Positions 10,343-19,304 of a DNA stretch of 64,000 nt are shown piece after piece. Position 1 is the stretch's first letter. Each line of letters starts with the position of its first letter. The stretch covers positions 2,592,001-2,656,000 of the forward strand of contig OX638351.1 of the NCBI GenBank assembly GCA_951813565.1, written 5' to 3'. The position numbers were made by a program, and so were the translations under genes. Source of the DNA: an uncultured Poribacteria bacterium (GTDB taxonomy: Bacteria; Poribacteria; WGA-4E; WGA-3G). The notes under the pieces are model-generated. The model made no database searches. It was not told the origin of the DNA and saw only the letters and a list, made by a program, of their open reading frames with translations.

Positions 10343-10871
10343 GTGTCAATTTTTGATTGAGCGTATGAAAAACCTTCACCGTGTCTTGATATTCCCCAAT
10401 GAGACTCCAATTTGCAGCAATCTGTTCCATCACTGTCTCTGATTCTACATAACTAATAACATGCTGAAGATGTTGCTGAAAGGCTTCTGTTTCCAGATGC
10501 GCCTCACCAAACGGGCAGAGCATATCCACTCCCAGCACGACACTGTTCCTGTCCTCATTGAACATCAAAGCAAAGGGATAAAGTTGACAATCAAATGGAC
10601 GATTCGCATAGATACTACATCTACTCGTTTCCGGTTCAAAGAAGGGACAGATGTAAAAATCTTTATGTAGTTTTAACTTAATCTGTGAACTTTTTCCGTC
10701 TGCCTGCGGTTGAAATAAAATTGGGTCTGCACCTTGAGAAATTACATGCTGTTTTTCCGCTTCAGTAAAGATTGGCGCGAGCGGACTATCAGCCTCTAAA
10801 AACCGACAACAAACGTCACAGGAAAAGCATACTTCACTGGGAATGATTTGGTAGAGTTTTGAAGTAGACAT
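10311..10871 (-). CDS. YkgJ-family cysteine cluster protein
   Basis: CxxCxxCC, CPFF, CSIY..RP..CQLYPF. Confidence 0.85.
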   Translation of the reverse strand: MSTSKLYQIIPSEVCFSCDVCCRFLEADSPLAPIFTEAEKQHVISQGADPILFQPQADGKSSQIKLKLHKDFYICPFFEPETSRCSIYANRPFDCQLYPFALMFNEDRNSVVLGVDMLCPFGEAHLETEAFQQHLQHVISYVESETVMEQIAANWSLIGEYQDTVKVFHTLNQKLTHATPTINPRR

Positions 10872-10949
10872 ACGGTTTTTCCAAAAATTATGACTCAAAT
10901 GATGTAATTTTCAGCAGAATTCAGAGTCCTCAGCGCGTTTACAAAACGC

Positions 10950-10985
10950 CAAATCAACGGTATGAATGCCATTTAGGCATTCCCC
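10950..10985 (+). repeat. 36 bp AATCAA-hairpin micro-element (class A)
   Basis: CAAATCAACGGTAT-GAATGCC-ATTTA-GGCATTC-CCC. Removing it restores the palindrome GCGCGTTT-ACA-AAACGCGC. Confidence 0.8.
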
Positions 10986-10997
10986 GCCTACCGTTTA

Positions 10998-11010
10998 TGC
11001 GTAAGTCCTG
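10998..11010. mobile_element. Solo IS701-type terminal repeat TGCGTAAGTCCTG
   Basis: Identical to the right end of the IS701 remnant at 13032-13044. Confidence 0.75.
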
Positions 11011-11012
11011 AT

Positions 11013-11249
11013 GGTATTGAAGCTGAACCATGGGCAGCACAACCGTTTGCAACCCTAAATATTCTCGCCAATGCAATTGCGAAAGCACAATCAACAGATT
11101 CAGATGCAATTCGGGGTGCCTTGGCACAAACCAGCCATTTTCCAACGATTTTAGGTCCTTTCTCTTTTGATCCCTACGAAGAGGCAATCTATGAAAATAT
11201 AGAAACAATTGTTCTCACCGTCAAGGGCGGAGTCCTGCAAAACTTTTAG
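11013..11249 (+). pseudogene. C-terminal fragment of a LivJ-like ABC substrate-binding protein
   Basis: Startless frame GIEAEPWAAQPFATLNILANAIAKAQSTDSDAIRGALAQT..FPTILGPFSFDP..., truncated at the IS end. Confidence 0.7.
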
Positions 11250-11251
11250 TT

Positions 11252-11419
11252 TATAGTGAAATCCATAATTATTTACACACTACGAATCAACGCCAAATGC
11301 GCGTAAGGCATTTAGCGGGTTCGGTTTCCTAACCGAACTGGTGTTTATTCAGTCTCATAGATGCGGTTAGGAAACCGCATCTACCGGGGCGTGTGCACAT
11401 ATTTTTAGGTTTTACTATA
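11252..11419. mobile_element. MITE with TATAGT(G/A)AA ends (IS630-like) carrying REP palindromes
   Basis: TATAGTGAAATCCATAAT...ATTTTTAGGTTTTACTATA. Internal hairpins GTTCGGTTTCCTAACCGAAC and AGATGCGGTTAGGAAACCGCATCT; a micro-element at 11283-11316. Confidence 0.7.
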
Positions 11420-11425
11420 AGTATA

Positions 11426-11779
11426 CTAAAGTTTGGACAATTTTTGTTCAGTGATAGTTGAGTTTTCGACGGAGAATCTATTTTTCTGCAAGTTTCTCAT
11501 ATCATTGGAACCCCGCGAAAATGTTGCACTCCAGCGGAGTGCTATGTCTATAGAAAACATTATGCACACATTCTCACACTCCAGCGGAGTGCTATGTGTC
11601 AGTTCACTACATACCGCTCTGCTGGAGCGGGAGATGACGGTAAATACTGTTGCTATAAACATATTGCTCTGCTGGAGCAAAGAGGGTTTCTGTTTTGTGT
11701 GTTGCGTCAGAATTGTTAACAGATGTATAAACCGATCTCTTATATTCAACTCACGTATGAAAAATTGTCCAAACTATAG
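11426..11779. mobile_element. MITE with 20 bp TIR carrying four GCTCC/GGAGC REP-like palindromes
   Basis: TIR CTAAAGTTTGGACAATTTTT / AAAAATTGTCCAAACTATAG (1 mismatch). Flanked by the direct repeat TATAAGTATA (11416-11425, 11780-11789). Confidence 0.8.
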
Positions 11780-11789
11780 TATAAGTATA

Positions 11790-12167
11790 GCAAGCGTTCC
11801 AATCATAAACTACATCAACGGGCATTTGGCAAAATAACCGAGTTGATAACCTACAAAGCGAAATCTTTAGGCATCAAAGTTGTATCAATAGACGAGGCAT
11901 AAACCTCACAAACTTGTCCGAAGTGTGGCACCCGAAAGAAACCTGCCAACCGAAACTACACTTGCAAATGCGGTTTTCAGTATCACAAGGATGGTGTAGG
12001 TGCGATAAATATTCGGCAAAAGTATCTGGGCATTTCGGTGTCCCTGTAGTGGCGGACATGACACCGCCCGTCGGATTTAGTTTTGAAGTCCGATGTTGCT
12101 TCGTCTGATCGGAGAATGTTCCTAAAAGGAACAAAAGAACCCACTCCTTTAGGGTGAGAGTATGTCA
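11790..12167 (+). pseudogene. tnpB: IS200/IS605-family TnpB C-terminal remnant with transposon right end
   Basis: KLHQRAFGKITELITYKAKSLGIKVVSIDEA*TSQTCPKCG...CKCG..HKDGVGAINI (zinc finger + RuvC-III), with an in-frame stop and a frameshift. Followed by the right-end motif AGAACCCACTCCTTTAGGGTGAGAGTATGTCA. Confidence 0.88.
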
Positions 12168-12355
12168 GATATACGCTTCCAAAGAATCAACCCTAGAGCA
12201 AAAGTAGGGATTGCGATAGCAAATAAATACAAGATAAGAAAAAAAACAACCGTAGATTGTTTAGGAGATTCCGCGACCCGATCGCAAACGATTTCAAACG
12301 CACTATATAACAGAAATAACATTACCAAAAACACAAGAATTAAGAAGATTGTCAT
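12149..12355 (-). CDS. Small hydrophobic protein with two predicted TM segments
   Basis: 68 aa with two hydrophobic stretches, AAGGTG upstream. The stop codon lies inside the TnpB element end. Confidence 0.45.
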   Translation of the reverse strand: MTIFLILVFLVMLFLLYSAFEIVCDRVAESPKQSTVVFFLILYLFAIAIPTFALGLILWKRISDILSP

Positions 12356-12445
12356 TATTCACCTTTGACTTCCGCCAGTCCCGCACTCAAGTTTCAAGAA
12401 ATGCACCGACCAAAACGCATCATGCCAGTATTTGTTACACTCAAT

Positions 12446-13044
12446 CAGGACTTACGCATTATTATAAAATTATGTTATACTCTTCTATTATGACTACATT
12501 TACACACTCTCAAAAGAAGCATAACTTATATTCCGATTATTGTCAGTTTTTGATAGCAAGTTTCACTAATTGGACACAAACCTACTTTGCTGAACGGACA
12601 GAAAAATGGAGCCACGATCAACTCAATCGTTTTTTGAGAGAAACACGACAAGGAAAACGGGTGCACATCAATTAGTTTCCAAAAGGACATCAAGTGAAGT
12701 TGTTCCGGATAGCGTCCTCTAACGGACACACGGTATATATCGCCACAAACGATTTATCTCAATCAGATGCGGATGCCACAATCCAAGAATGTCCAGTGCG
12801 TTGGAAGATTGAGCAATTTCATCGTGAGATCAAACAAGTCACTGGTATTGGTAAATGTCAATGTCGCAAGTTGCGTGCGCAAAGAAATCATACTGCGTGT
12901 TGTTTTCAAGTATGGGTCTGTTTGGCGCGCACTGCCCGGGCAGTTGGTAGAACAATTTATGATCTTAAAGATAGCTTATTGGATGATTATTTACGACATC
13001 AACTCTCAAATCCTTCAATAATCTTCAAGACTGCGTAAGTCCTG
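12446..13044 (+). mobile_element. IS701-family element, internally deleted, with transposase pseudogene
   Basis: Perfect 13 bp TIR CAGGACTTACGCA / TGCGTAAGTCCTG. N-terminal YCQFL...SHDQLNRFL is joined directly to C-terminal RWKIEQFHREIKQ.TG..KCQCR..RAQRNH. Confidence 0.88.
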
Positions 13045-13065
13045 ATAATAATAGGACATTATTTC

Positions 13066-13231
13066 GTCCGTCGGGTAGAAGCGGTAGCGAAACCCGACTT
13101 TTTATAGTGTCATGTCCAAATCAACACCAAATGCGCCAAATCAAGAAATCAACGCTACAAATCATGGCGAATGCCAAAAGCGCATTCGTCTTTAGGCATT
13201 TGTCGGGTTTCGCAAGCTCTACCCGACGGAC
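13066..13231. repeat. REP-like dyad interrupted by nested micro-elements (13117-13204)
   Basis: GTCCGTCGGGTAGAAGCGGTAGCGAAACCCGAC ... GTC^GGGTTTCGCAAGCTCTACCCGACGGAC. Confidence 0.8.
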
Positions 13232-13285
13232 AATATGCTATGACAATTTGTCAATTAGAAATGGTATAACATACCGATCAGGGCG

Positions 13286-14431
13286 TTATGATGTCAGAAC
13301 TTGACCGATAGCGTCAACTACACAATGTACGCCCGATTCAGTTAACCCTGGATGGAGCGGTAGGCTCACAACACGTTCAAAAGCTTCTTCTGCACACGGA
13401 AAATCACCAACACTGTAGCTATATTGCTTCTGATAAAATTCAAAAAGATGTAATGGAATATAGTGGACACTACATTCAATGTTTTCTTCACGCAAGGATT
13501 CAACAAATTCATCACGGTTGCCAGTATGGAGTTGAATAATGTAAAGATGCCACGCGTGTTCTGTAGGATTATCTGGCACAAACGGAGTGCTAATCTGTGA
13601 AATTTTCTCCAATTCTGATTGATATATTTGTGCGAAATTCTGACGACGTTCATGCTGTTTATTGAGTTTCATGAGTTGGCATAACCCCATCGCCGCCTGA
13701 ATATCGGTCATGTTGTATTTATAGCCTTCGGTGGTGATGTCGTATCGCCAAATGCTGCGTTTTGACTGCCGTGCCCATGCGTCTTTGTCAATACCGTGAA
13801 GCCGCATCGTTCGGAGTGGTTCCGCAAGCGCATCGTTATTGGTGGTAATCATACCACCTTCTCCCGTGGTCATATTTTTATTCGCATAAAAACTAAAAGC
13901 AGAAAGGTCACCGAGAGTTCCGATATATTGCCCGTTATATTCAGTAGGAATAGCGTGTGCAGCATCGTCAATAAGCACGAGATTGTGTGCTTGACATATC
14001 TCTTGTAATGCATCCATGTCACACGGAAGCCCAGCGATATGGACAGGCATTATCGCTTTGGTGCGTGAGGTAATCGCTGGTGCAATTTTCGTAATATCAA
14101 TGTTCAATGTTTCGGGATCAATGTCTACGAAGACAGGTTTTGCCCCGACATATCGGATGGCTTCGGCAGTGGCAGTAAAGGTATAGGGTGTCGTAATAAC
14201 TTCGTCTCCTACACCGATACCAGTAACAACAAGGCTAAGATGTAATGCTGCTGTGCAAGAACTCACAGCGATTGCATGTTTGACACCAAGGTATTCGGCA
14301 AAAGCACGTTCAAACTCACGCACTCTTGCACCAGTACTTATCCATTTAGAAGCAAGCACTTCGCTAACTGCTTCGATTTCAGTGTCATCAATCCACGGAC
14401 GACTAAAAGGTATAAACGGCTTTTGTTCCAC
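13286..14431 (-). CDS. DegT/DnrJ/EryC1/StrS family aminotransferase
   Basis: SSCTAALH, DDAAHA, FSFYANKNMTTGEGG. Confidence 0.93.
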   Translation of the reverse strand: MEQKPFIPFSRPWIDDTEIEAVSEVLASKWISTGARVREFERAFAEYLGVKHAIAVSSCTAALHLSLVVTGIGVGDEVITTPYTFTATAEAIRYVGAKPVFVDIDPETLNIDITKIAPAITSRTKAIMPVHIAGLPCDMDALQEICQAHNLVLIDDAAHAIPTEYNGQYIGTLGDLSAFSFYANKNMTTGEGGMITTNNDALAEPLRTMRLHGIDKDAWARQSKRSIWRYDITTEGYKYNMTDIQAAMGLCQLMKLNKQHERRQNFAQIYQSELEKISQISTPFVPDNPTEHAWHLYIIQLHTGNRDEFVESLREENIECSVHYIPLHLFEFYQKQYSYSVGDFPCAEEAFERVVSLPLHPGLTESGVHCVVDAIGQVLTS

Positions 14432-14447
14432 AAATAATTCCCTTCAA

Positions 14448-14912
14448 TTATTCATCTAAATTATCGGTTGAATTCGGACCCAAAATATGAATCATCGCTT
14501 CAAGAGCAAGAATGTAACTATACGCACCGAAACCACCGACGACTCCTACCGCAACGCCTGATATATACGAATGATGCCGAAATTTCTCACGAGCGTAGAT
14601 GTTAGAGAGGTGAATTTCAATGACAGGGACTCCGACAGTCGTGAGTGCATCTCGGATAGCAATGCTGGTATGTGTATAAGCAGCAGGATTAATGAGAATA
14701 CCATCTGCCCAGTCAATGTGGTCACCGATGATGGATACAATCTCGCCTTCATGGTTGGATTGTAAGATTTTTAGTACAACATTATGAGGCGATGCCGCTA
14801 CAAACTGATCAAGCGCACCATTGATGTCATTCAATGTTTGGTGTCCGTAAATCTCCGGTTGTCGTTTTCCTAAAAGATGCAGATTCGGTCCGTGGAGGAC
14901 GAGGATATTCAT
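14448..14912 (-). CDS. aroQ: Type II 3-dehydroquinate dehydratase
   Basis: HGPNLHLLGKRQPEIYG, QSNHEG, NPAAYTHTS, EIHLSN..ARE.FRH.S. Confidence 0.96.
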   Translation of the reverse strand: MNILVLHGPNLHLLGKRQPEIYGHQTLNDINGALDQFVAASPHNVVLKILQSNHEGEIVSIIGDHIDWADGILINPAAYTHTSIAIRDALTTVGVPVIEIHLSNIYAREKFRHHSYISGVAVGVVGGFGAYSYILALEAMIHILGPNSTDNLDE

Positions 14913-15044
14913 ATTACTGCTTCCTTATATATTGTTGATCTTCAGATAATCGTATTGATTTATCAGCAAGTGAGAAATCTGTGTTGCATTTTATTAGAAA
15001 TACGTTTTGAAATCAATAAGAAATATTGTTTTTGAAAATCGCTT

Positions 15045-15205
15045 AATCATCAACCCATTTAAACCTTGTTATAGTAAGGCATGAAAGCATAATCATTAAC
15101 TAAAAATTGAAAAAATCATCAACCGAATCATCAACCGCTGCAAACATTGATATAGTATGGGTTCATAGCGTAATCATCAACAAAAATCGTTAGAAATCAT
15201 CAACC
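15045..15205. repeat. Two 81 bp tandem units with six AATCATCAAC boxes
   Basis: Boxes at 15045, 15091, 15114, 15126, 15172, 15195; spacing 46/23 repeated in both units. Confidence 0.8.
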
Positions 15206-15225
15206 AATACATATCTCCTATTAAT

Positions 15226-16080
15226 CTAGTCTATTTGCGGGTCAAGCGCGTCTCTAAGAGCATCTCCAAGGAGATTGAAACCTAAAACAATAAGAAAAAT
15301 TGCTACACCGGGAGCAGTGACAGCCAGTGGTGCTTTGCGAATATACTTTGTATTTTCATTCAACATTGCCCCCCATTCAGGCACACCCACCTCAGCACCG
15401 AGTCCAAGAAAACTGAGTCCCGCCGCATCTAAAATAGCAGCACCGATACCTAAAGTAGCTTGAACAATCAACGGTGCAAGACAGTTTGGTAGAACGGTAG
15501 TAACCAGAATTCGAATGTCACTTGCGCCAATCACTTTCGCTGCGGTGACGTAATCTAACTCGCGCACTTTGAGAACAGAGGCACGTAAAATCCGCGCATA
15601 TTGCGGAATATAGACAATGGAAACAGCGATAATTGCATTTGTAAGACTCTGACCCAAAATGGTGACAATGACCATCGCAAGCAGAATGCTCGGCATCGCA
15701 AGCAACATATCCATCACGCGCATAATCAGGTTGTCTAACCATCCACCAAAATAGCCCGCGATTGCACCGAACAAGGTGCCGAGTCCAAGCGAAAAGGTTA
15801 TCGCGATAAATCCTACCTTCAGAGAGATACGGGAACCGTAAACAATTCGGCTAAAAACATCACGTCCAGTGCCATCCGTGCCAAGATAATGTTCCCCAGA
15901 CCGCCCTTCAAGACGTTTTGCGATCTCAGCTCGCATTGGATCGTGCGTTGCAATAAGCGGTGCAAAGATTGCTACAATGATGAAAAAGAGGATTATTGAC
16001 GCACCAATAGTTGCAGATGGATGCCGCAGGAGTTTCCGAAAGACAAGGTGTTGACCTGTTAGTATTGGGGTGTCGTTCAT
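15226..16080 (-). CDS. dppC: Peptide/nickel ABC transporter permease (DppC/OppC-like)
   Basis: HYLGTDGTGRDVFSR, EAA-like loop, LSFLGLG, PEWGAML. Confidence 0.88.
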   Translation of the reverse strand: MNDTPILTGQHLVFRKLLRHPSATIGASIILFFIIVAIFAPLIATHDPMRAEIAKRLEGRSGEHYLGTDGTGRDVFSRIVYGSRISLKVGFIAITFSLGLGTLFGAIAGYFGGWLDNLIMRVMDMLLAMPSILLAMVIVTILGQSLTNAIIAVSIVYIPQYARILRASVLKVRELDYVTAAKVIGASDIRILVTTVLPNCLAPLIVQATLGIGAAILDAAGLSFLGLGAEVGVPEWGAMLNENTKYIRKAPLAVTAPGVAIFLIVLGFNLLGDALRDALDPQID

Positions 16081-17099
16081 TTGGCTTCATCTCCCACTCG
16101 GATGCGTGGATCAAAATAAGCATACAACAGGTCAACGATTAGGTTGACAAACATAAAAAGTGCAGAAACGAAAAGCACACCGCCTTGGACAGCGCGAACA
16201 TCACGTGCTTCAACAGCGGCACGCAACCATGAACCGAGTCCGGGCCATGAGAAAATATGTTCAGTTAGAATTGCCCCTCCCATCAGATAACCAAATTCAA
16301 GACCAATAACTGTCAAAACAGGAACCATGCTATTTTTCAATGCATGTTTAATAATAACTGCCCATTTCGACAAACCTTTTGCATAAGCGGTAGTTATGTA
16401 TGGTTGATTTAACACTTCAAGCAGACTTGAACGGGTCATTCGCGCAATAATAGCCAACGGGATTGTGCCTAAAGTAATTGCGGGAAGTATGAGGTGTGCA
16501 ATTGCATCTTTAAATGCAGCAAAGTTCTTGGCAAGAAGTGTATCAATTAAGTAAAAACCTGTCCGGGATTCAATATCCAAACTCAAAATAGTATCTAAAC
16601 GTCCCGTGGCAGGCAATATCTTCAAATAGTAGGAAAAAAGTAGAATCAGCATCAACCCAAGCCAGAAGATCGGCATTGAGATACCTGCAAGCGATGTGGA
16701 CATTGAAAAATAATCCCAAAATTTACCGCGATAAACAGCCGCAATGATGCCTGCCGCTATACCAAAAAAGATGGAAAATGCCATCGCTGCAAGCGTTAAT
16801 TCGGCAGTCGCAGGAAAATATCTTTTGATTTCTTCTAAAACAGGTTGCTTGGTTTTAAAGGAGTGTCCTAAGTCAAGTCGCACGAGGTCCCACAGGAATT
16901 TCGCGTATTGGTGATAAAGCGGTTTGTCAAGTCCCATATCTTCTCGGAGTTGGGTGAGTACTTCCTCAGTAGCGCGTTCACCCGCAATGGTAAGGGCTGC
17001 ATCACCAGGAATCAGATGGACCATCAAAAATACAAGGAGGGAAACTCCAAGAAGTGACAAGCCGATGGAGAGAAAACGTTGGACTAAATACGAGAGCAA
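16077..17099 (-). CDS. dppB: Peptide/nickel ABC transporter permease (DppB/OppB-like)
   Basis: IPGD, GLDKPL..QY, FPATAEL, SMPIFWLG, E.IFSWPGLG. Confidence 0.88.
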   Translation of the reverse strand: MLSYLVQRFLSIGLSLLGVSLLVFLMVHLIPGDAALTIAGERATEEVLTQLREDMGLDKPLYHQYAKFLWDLVRLDLGHSFKTKQPVLEEIKRYFPATAELTLAAMAFSIFFGIAAGIIAAVYRGKFWDYFSMSTSLAGISMPIFWLGLMLILLFSYYLKILPATGRLDTILSLDIESRTGFYLIDTLLAKNFAAFKDAIAHLILPAITLGTIPLAIIARMTRSSLLEVLNQPYITTAYAKGLSKWAVIIKHALKNSMVPVLTVIGLEFGYLMGGAILTEHIFSWPGLGSWLRAAVEARDVRAVQGGVLFVSALFMFVNLIVDLLYAYFDPRIRVGDEAK

Positions 17100-17158
17100 T
17101 ACTCAAGCCTCACACGGCACAGATAAGCAAACATAAGCGTCTTGACAGCGACGTGAAC

Positions 17159-17986
17159 TTAGAAAAATGGATTGTGTAACTTCTCTTCGCCGACGGTTGT
17201 TGCGGGACCGTGACCGGGGAAAAGTCGGACATCATCCGGAAGCGATAGCAGATTATCGCGGACACTATCAATTTCATCTCGATAAGAGATATTCGGTCCG
17301 CCAACCGAACCCGCAAAAATCGCATCACCGACGAAAGCTGCCGTTTGTGTTAGAAAACTACAACCACCAGGGGTATGTCCAGGCGTATCAAGCACTGTGA
17401 CCATAAGCGCGCCAATTTCTACAACATCCGAATGGACAAGTTCCCGCAATTTGCCTGCACTCCGAGGTTTCGGTTCACTTTTATGGATATATGCTTGGCA
17501 TCCGGTAGCGTTTTCGAGTTGGGGTAACCCATCGGTATGGTCTTTGTGTGAGTGGGTCAAAAGGATAGCAGTCGGGTTAACTTTATGTGCATCAAGTTGT
17601 TCTAAAATCAGGTCGGGATGTGCTGCGGTATCAATGATTGCGGCTTCGTCTGTGGCTTTGCAGATTAAGAGGTAGGCGTTGACCGGCCATCCGCCAACAG
17701 GCGCGCTTACCGTTATCACATCAAGGTTTGCATCGCCAGATTGCTGAGCAGGATCAGGTTCCCACTGTTCTGTTGCAATTGCAAGGAGTTTTGCTCCGTC
17801 TAAGTTAAGGACTTCAGCAAGTTTATAGACTTGCGCTTCTGTCGGTTTTAAGGTATACTGTTCCATACGTGACAAATCTGATTCTGTGATTCCGGCGGCT
17901 GCGGCTGTTTCATTTTGCGACATGTTTTGTCCACGTCGGGCTTTACCGATAATGTCACCAAATTCGTCTTCAAGTGCGTATGCCAT
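17159..17986 (-). CDS. XRE-HTH fused to an MBL-fold metallo-hydrolase
   Basis: N-terminal HTH (ARRGQNMSQ.E.A..AGI....LSRME); THSHKDH, TPGHTPG, PGHG...T.G.E...NPF. Confidence 0.88.
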   Translation of the reverse strand: MAYALEDEFGDIIGKARRGQNMSQNETAAAAGITESDLSRMEQYTLKPTEAQVYKLAEVLNLDGAKLLAIATEQWEPDPAQQSGDANLDVITVSAPVGGWPVNAYLLICKATDEAAIIDTAAHPDLILEQLDAHKVNPTAILLTHSHKDHTDGLPQLENATGCQAYIHKSEPKPRSAGKLRELVHSDVVEIGALMVTVLDTPGHTPGGCSFLTQTAAFVGDAIFAGSVGGPNISYRDEIDSVRDNLLSLPDDVRLFPGHGPATTVGEEKLHNPFF

Positions 17987-18082
17987 GAATGTGTTCTCCT
18001 TTATTGTAGAGTTAGAGGAATTATAGCAAAAAAATCGGTATTTAGCAATTCAAAAGAGGAAAACAGAAGAAGGAGAAATCTT

Positions 18083-18655
18083 GTGAACGTTCCAAAAAAC
18101 GGGTATGAACAGGCTGAGATCTCCCTTGCTCCAATAAAAACCGATATGACATTGGAAGAATTCCTTCAAAATGACATAGAGGGATATGAATACGTTAAAG
18201 GAGAATTAGTGCCGATGCCAGATGCATCAATTTTACATGGAGGAATTAGTGTTAGAGTTATTCGGTATTTAGACTCACACGTGCATCAAAATCAGTTAGG
18301 AGAGGTATATACTGCAGAAACGTCCTTTCGGGTAGGTGAACGCGTAATCAAACCGGATGTTGCTTTTGTTTCCACAACGCGTATACCTGAAGACAAAACT
18401 AAGGGTTTCCCAATACCACCTGACCTCGCTGTTGAAGTCATTTCTCCTACGGATATATTATGGAATGTTTCGGAAAAAGTACAAGCATACCTTGAGGCTG
18501 GTACTCGAATGGTTTGGGTGATTGATCCGGTCATGAAAACCGTATCAGTTTTTTACCCTGACAAAGCTTTTAAAATATACAAGCGGGATGACACGCTCAC
18601 AGGAGAGGATGTCGTTGAAGGGTTTTCTTGTCCGGTAGCACAACTATTTGAATAG
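18083..18655 (+). CDS. Uma2-family endonuclease 1
   Basis: YEYVKGEL, PDVAFV, PDLAVEVISP, Y..AG...VWVIDP. GTG start after AAGGAG. Confidence 0.9.
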   Translation: MNVPKNGYEQAEISLAPIKTDMTLEEFLQNDIEGYEYVKGELVPMPDASILHGGISVRVIRYLDSHVHQNQLGEVYTAETSFRVGERVIKPDVAFVSTTRIPEDKTKGFPIPPDLAVEVISPTDILWNVSEKVQAYLEAGTRMVWVIDPVMKTVSVFYPDKAFKIYKRDDTLTGEDVVEGFSCPVAQLFE

Positions 18656-18693
18656 ATTCTGAAATTGCAAAATTATGTATGGAGGAATTAAAA

Positions 18694-19263
18694 ATGCATC
18701 CGCAAGACATCAACGAATTTGCACATGAAACTCTGCCACCAGAAAACGTTTCAATGACTTTAGAAGAGTTTCTTGAGAGCGATTTAGAAAGATTTGAATA
18801 TATCAAAGGAGAATTGATACCGATGCCGCCAACCTCTATTGAACATGGCAATATTAGTTCTAATGTCCAGTGGTATTTGCAATCGCATGTTCGTACAAAT
18901 CAACTTGGTCGTGTCTATACTTCAGACACCGGTTTCCGTGTTGGTGAACGGATACTGATGCCTGATGTCGCTTTCATTTCAACATCTAAATTTCCTGATG
19001 ATCAAAGATCAATATTTTTAATCCCACCAGAACTCGCGATTGAAGTGATTTCACCAACAGATTCCCTGACTAAGGTTGTTGAAAAGGCTCTTGCTTATCT
19101 GGAAGCAGGAACACTTCTTGTCTGGATCATTGAACCTACTGGAAAAACAGTAACAGTGTTTCGTTCGGAAACAGATATAAAAACACTCACACGCAAAGAC
19201 ACGTTCACAGGAGAGGATGTCGTTGAAGGGTTTTCCTGTCCAGTAGCACAACTTTTTGAATAG
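18694..19263 (+). CDS. Uma2-family endonuclease 2
   Basis: Same motifs (PDVAF, PELAIEVISP); RBS GGAGG. Confidence 0.9.
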   Translation: MHPQDINEFAHETLPPENVSMTLEEFLESDLERFEYIKGELIPMPPTSIEHGNISSNVQWYLQSHVRTNQLGRVYTSDTGFRVGERILMPDVAFISTSKFPDDQRSIFLIPPELAIEVISPTDSLTKVVEKALAYLEAGTLLVWIIEPTGKTVTVFRSETDIKTLTRKDTFTGEDVVEGFSCPVAQLFE

Positions 19264-19304
19264 ATAGATTCTAAAACACAGCAAATTAACTGCGGAGGAA
19301 TAAA

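Noticed and set aside
11426..11837. ORFs of 107 and 134 aa
   Set aside because: They span a REP-filled MITE; open frames are explained by palindromes.
15045..15205. Possible CRISPR array
   Set aside because: Repeats are only 10-11 bp with uneven spacing, and there are no cas genes.
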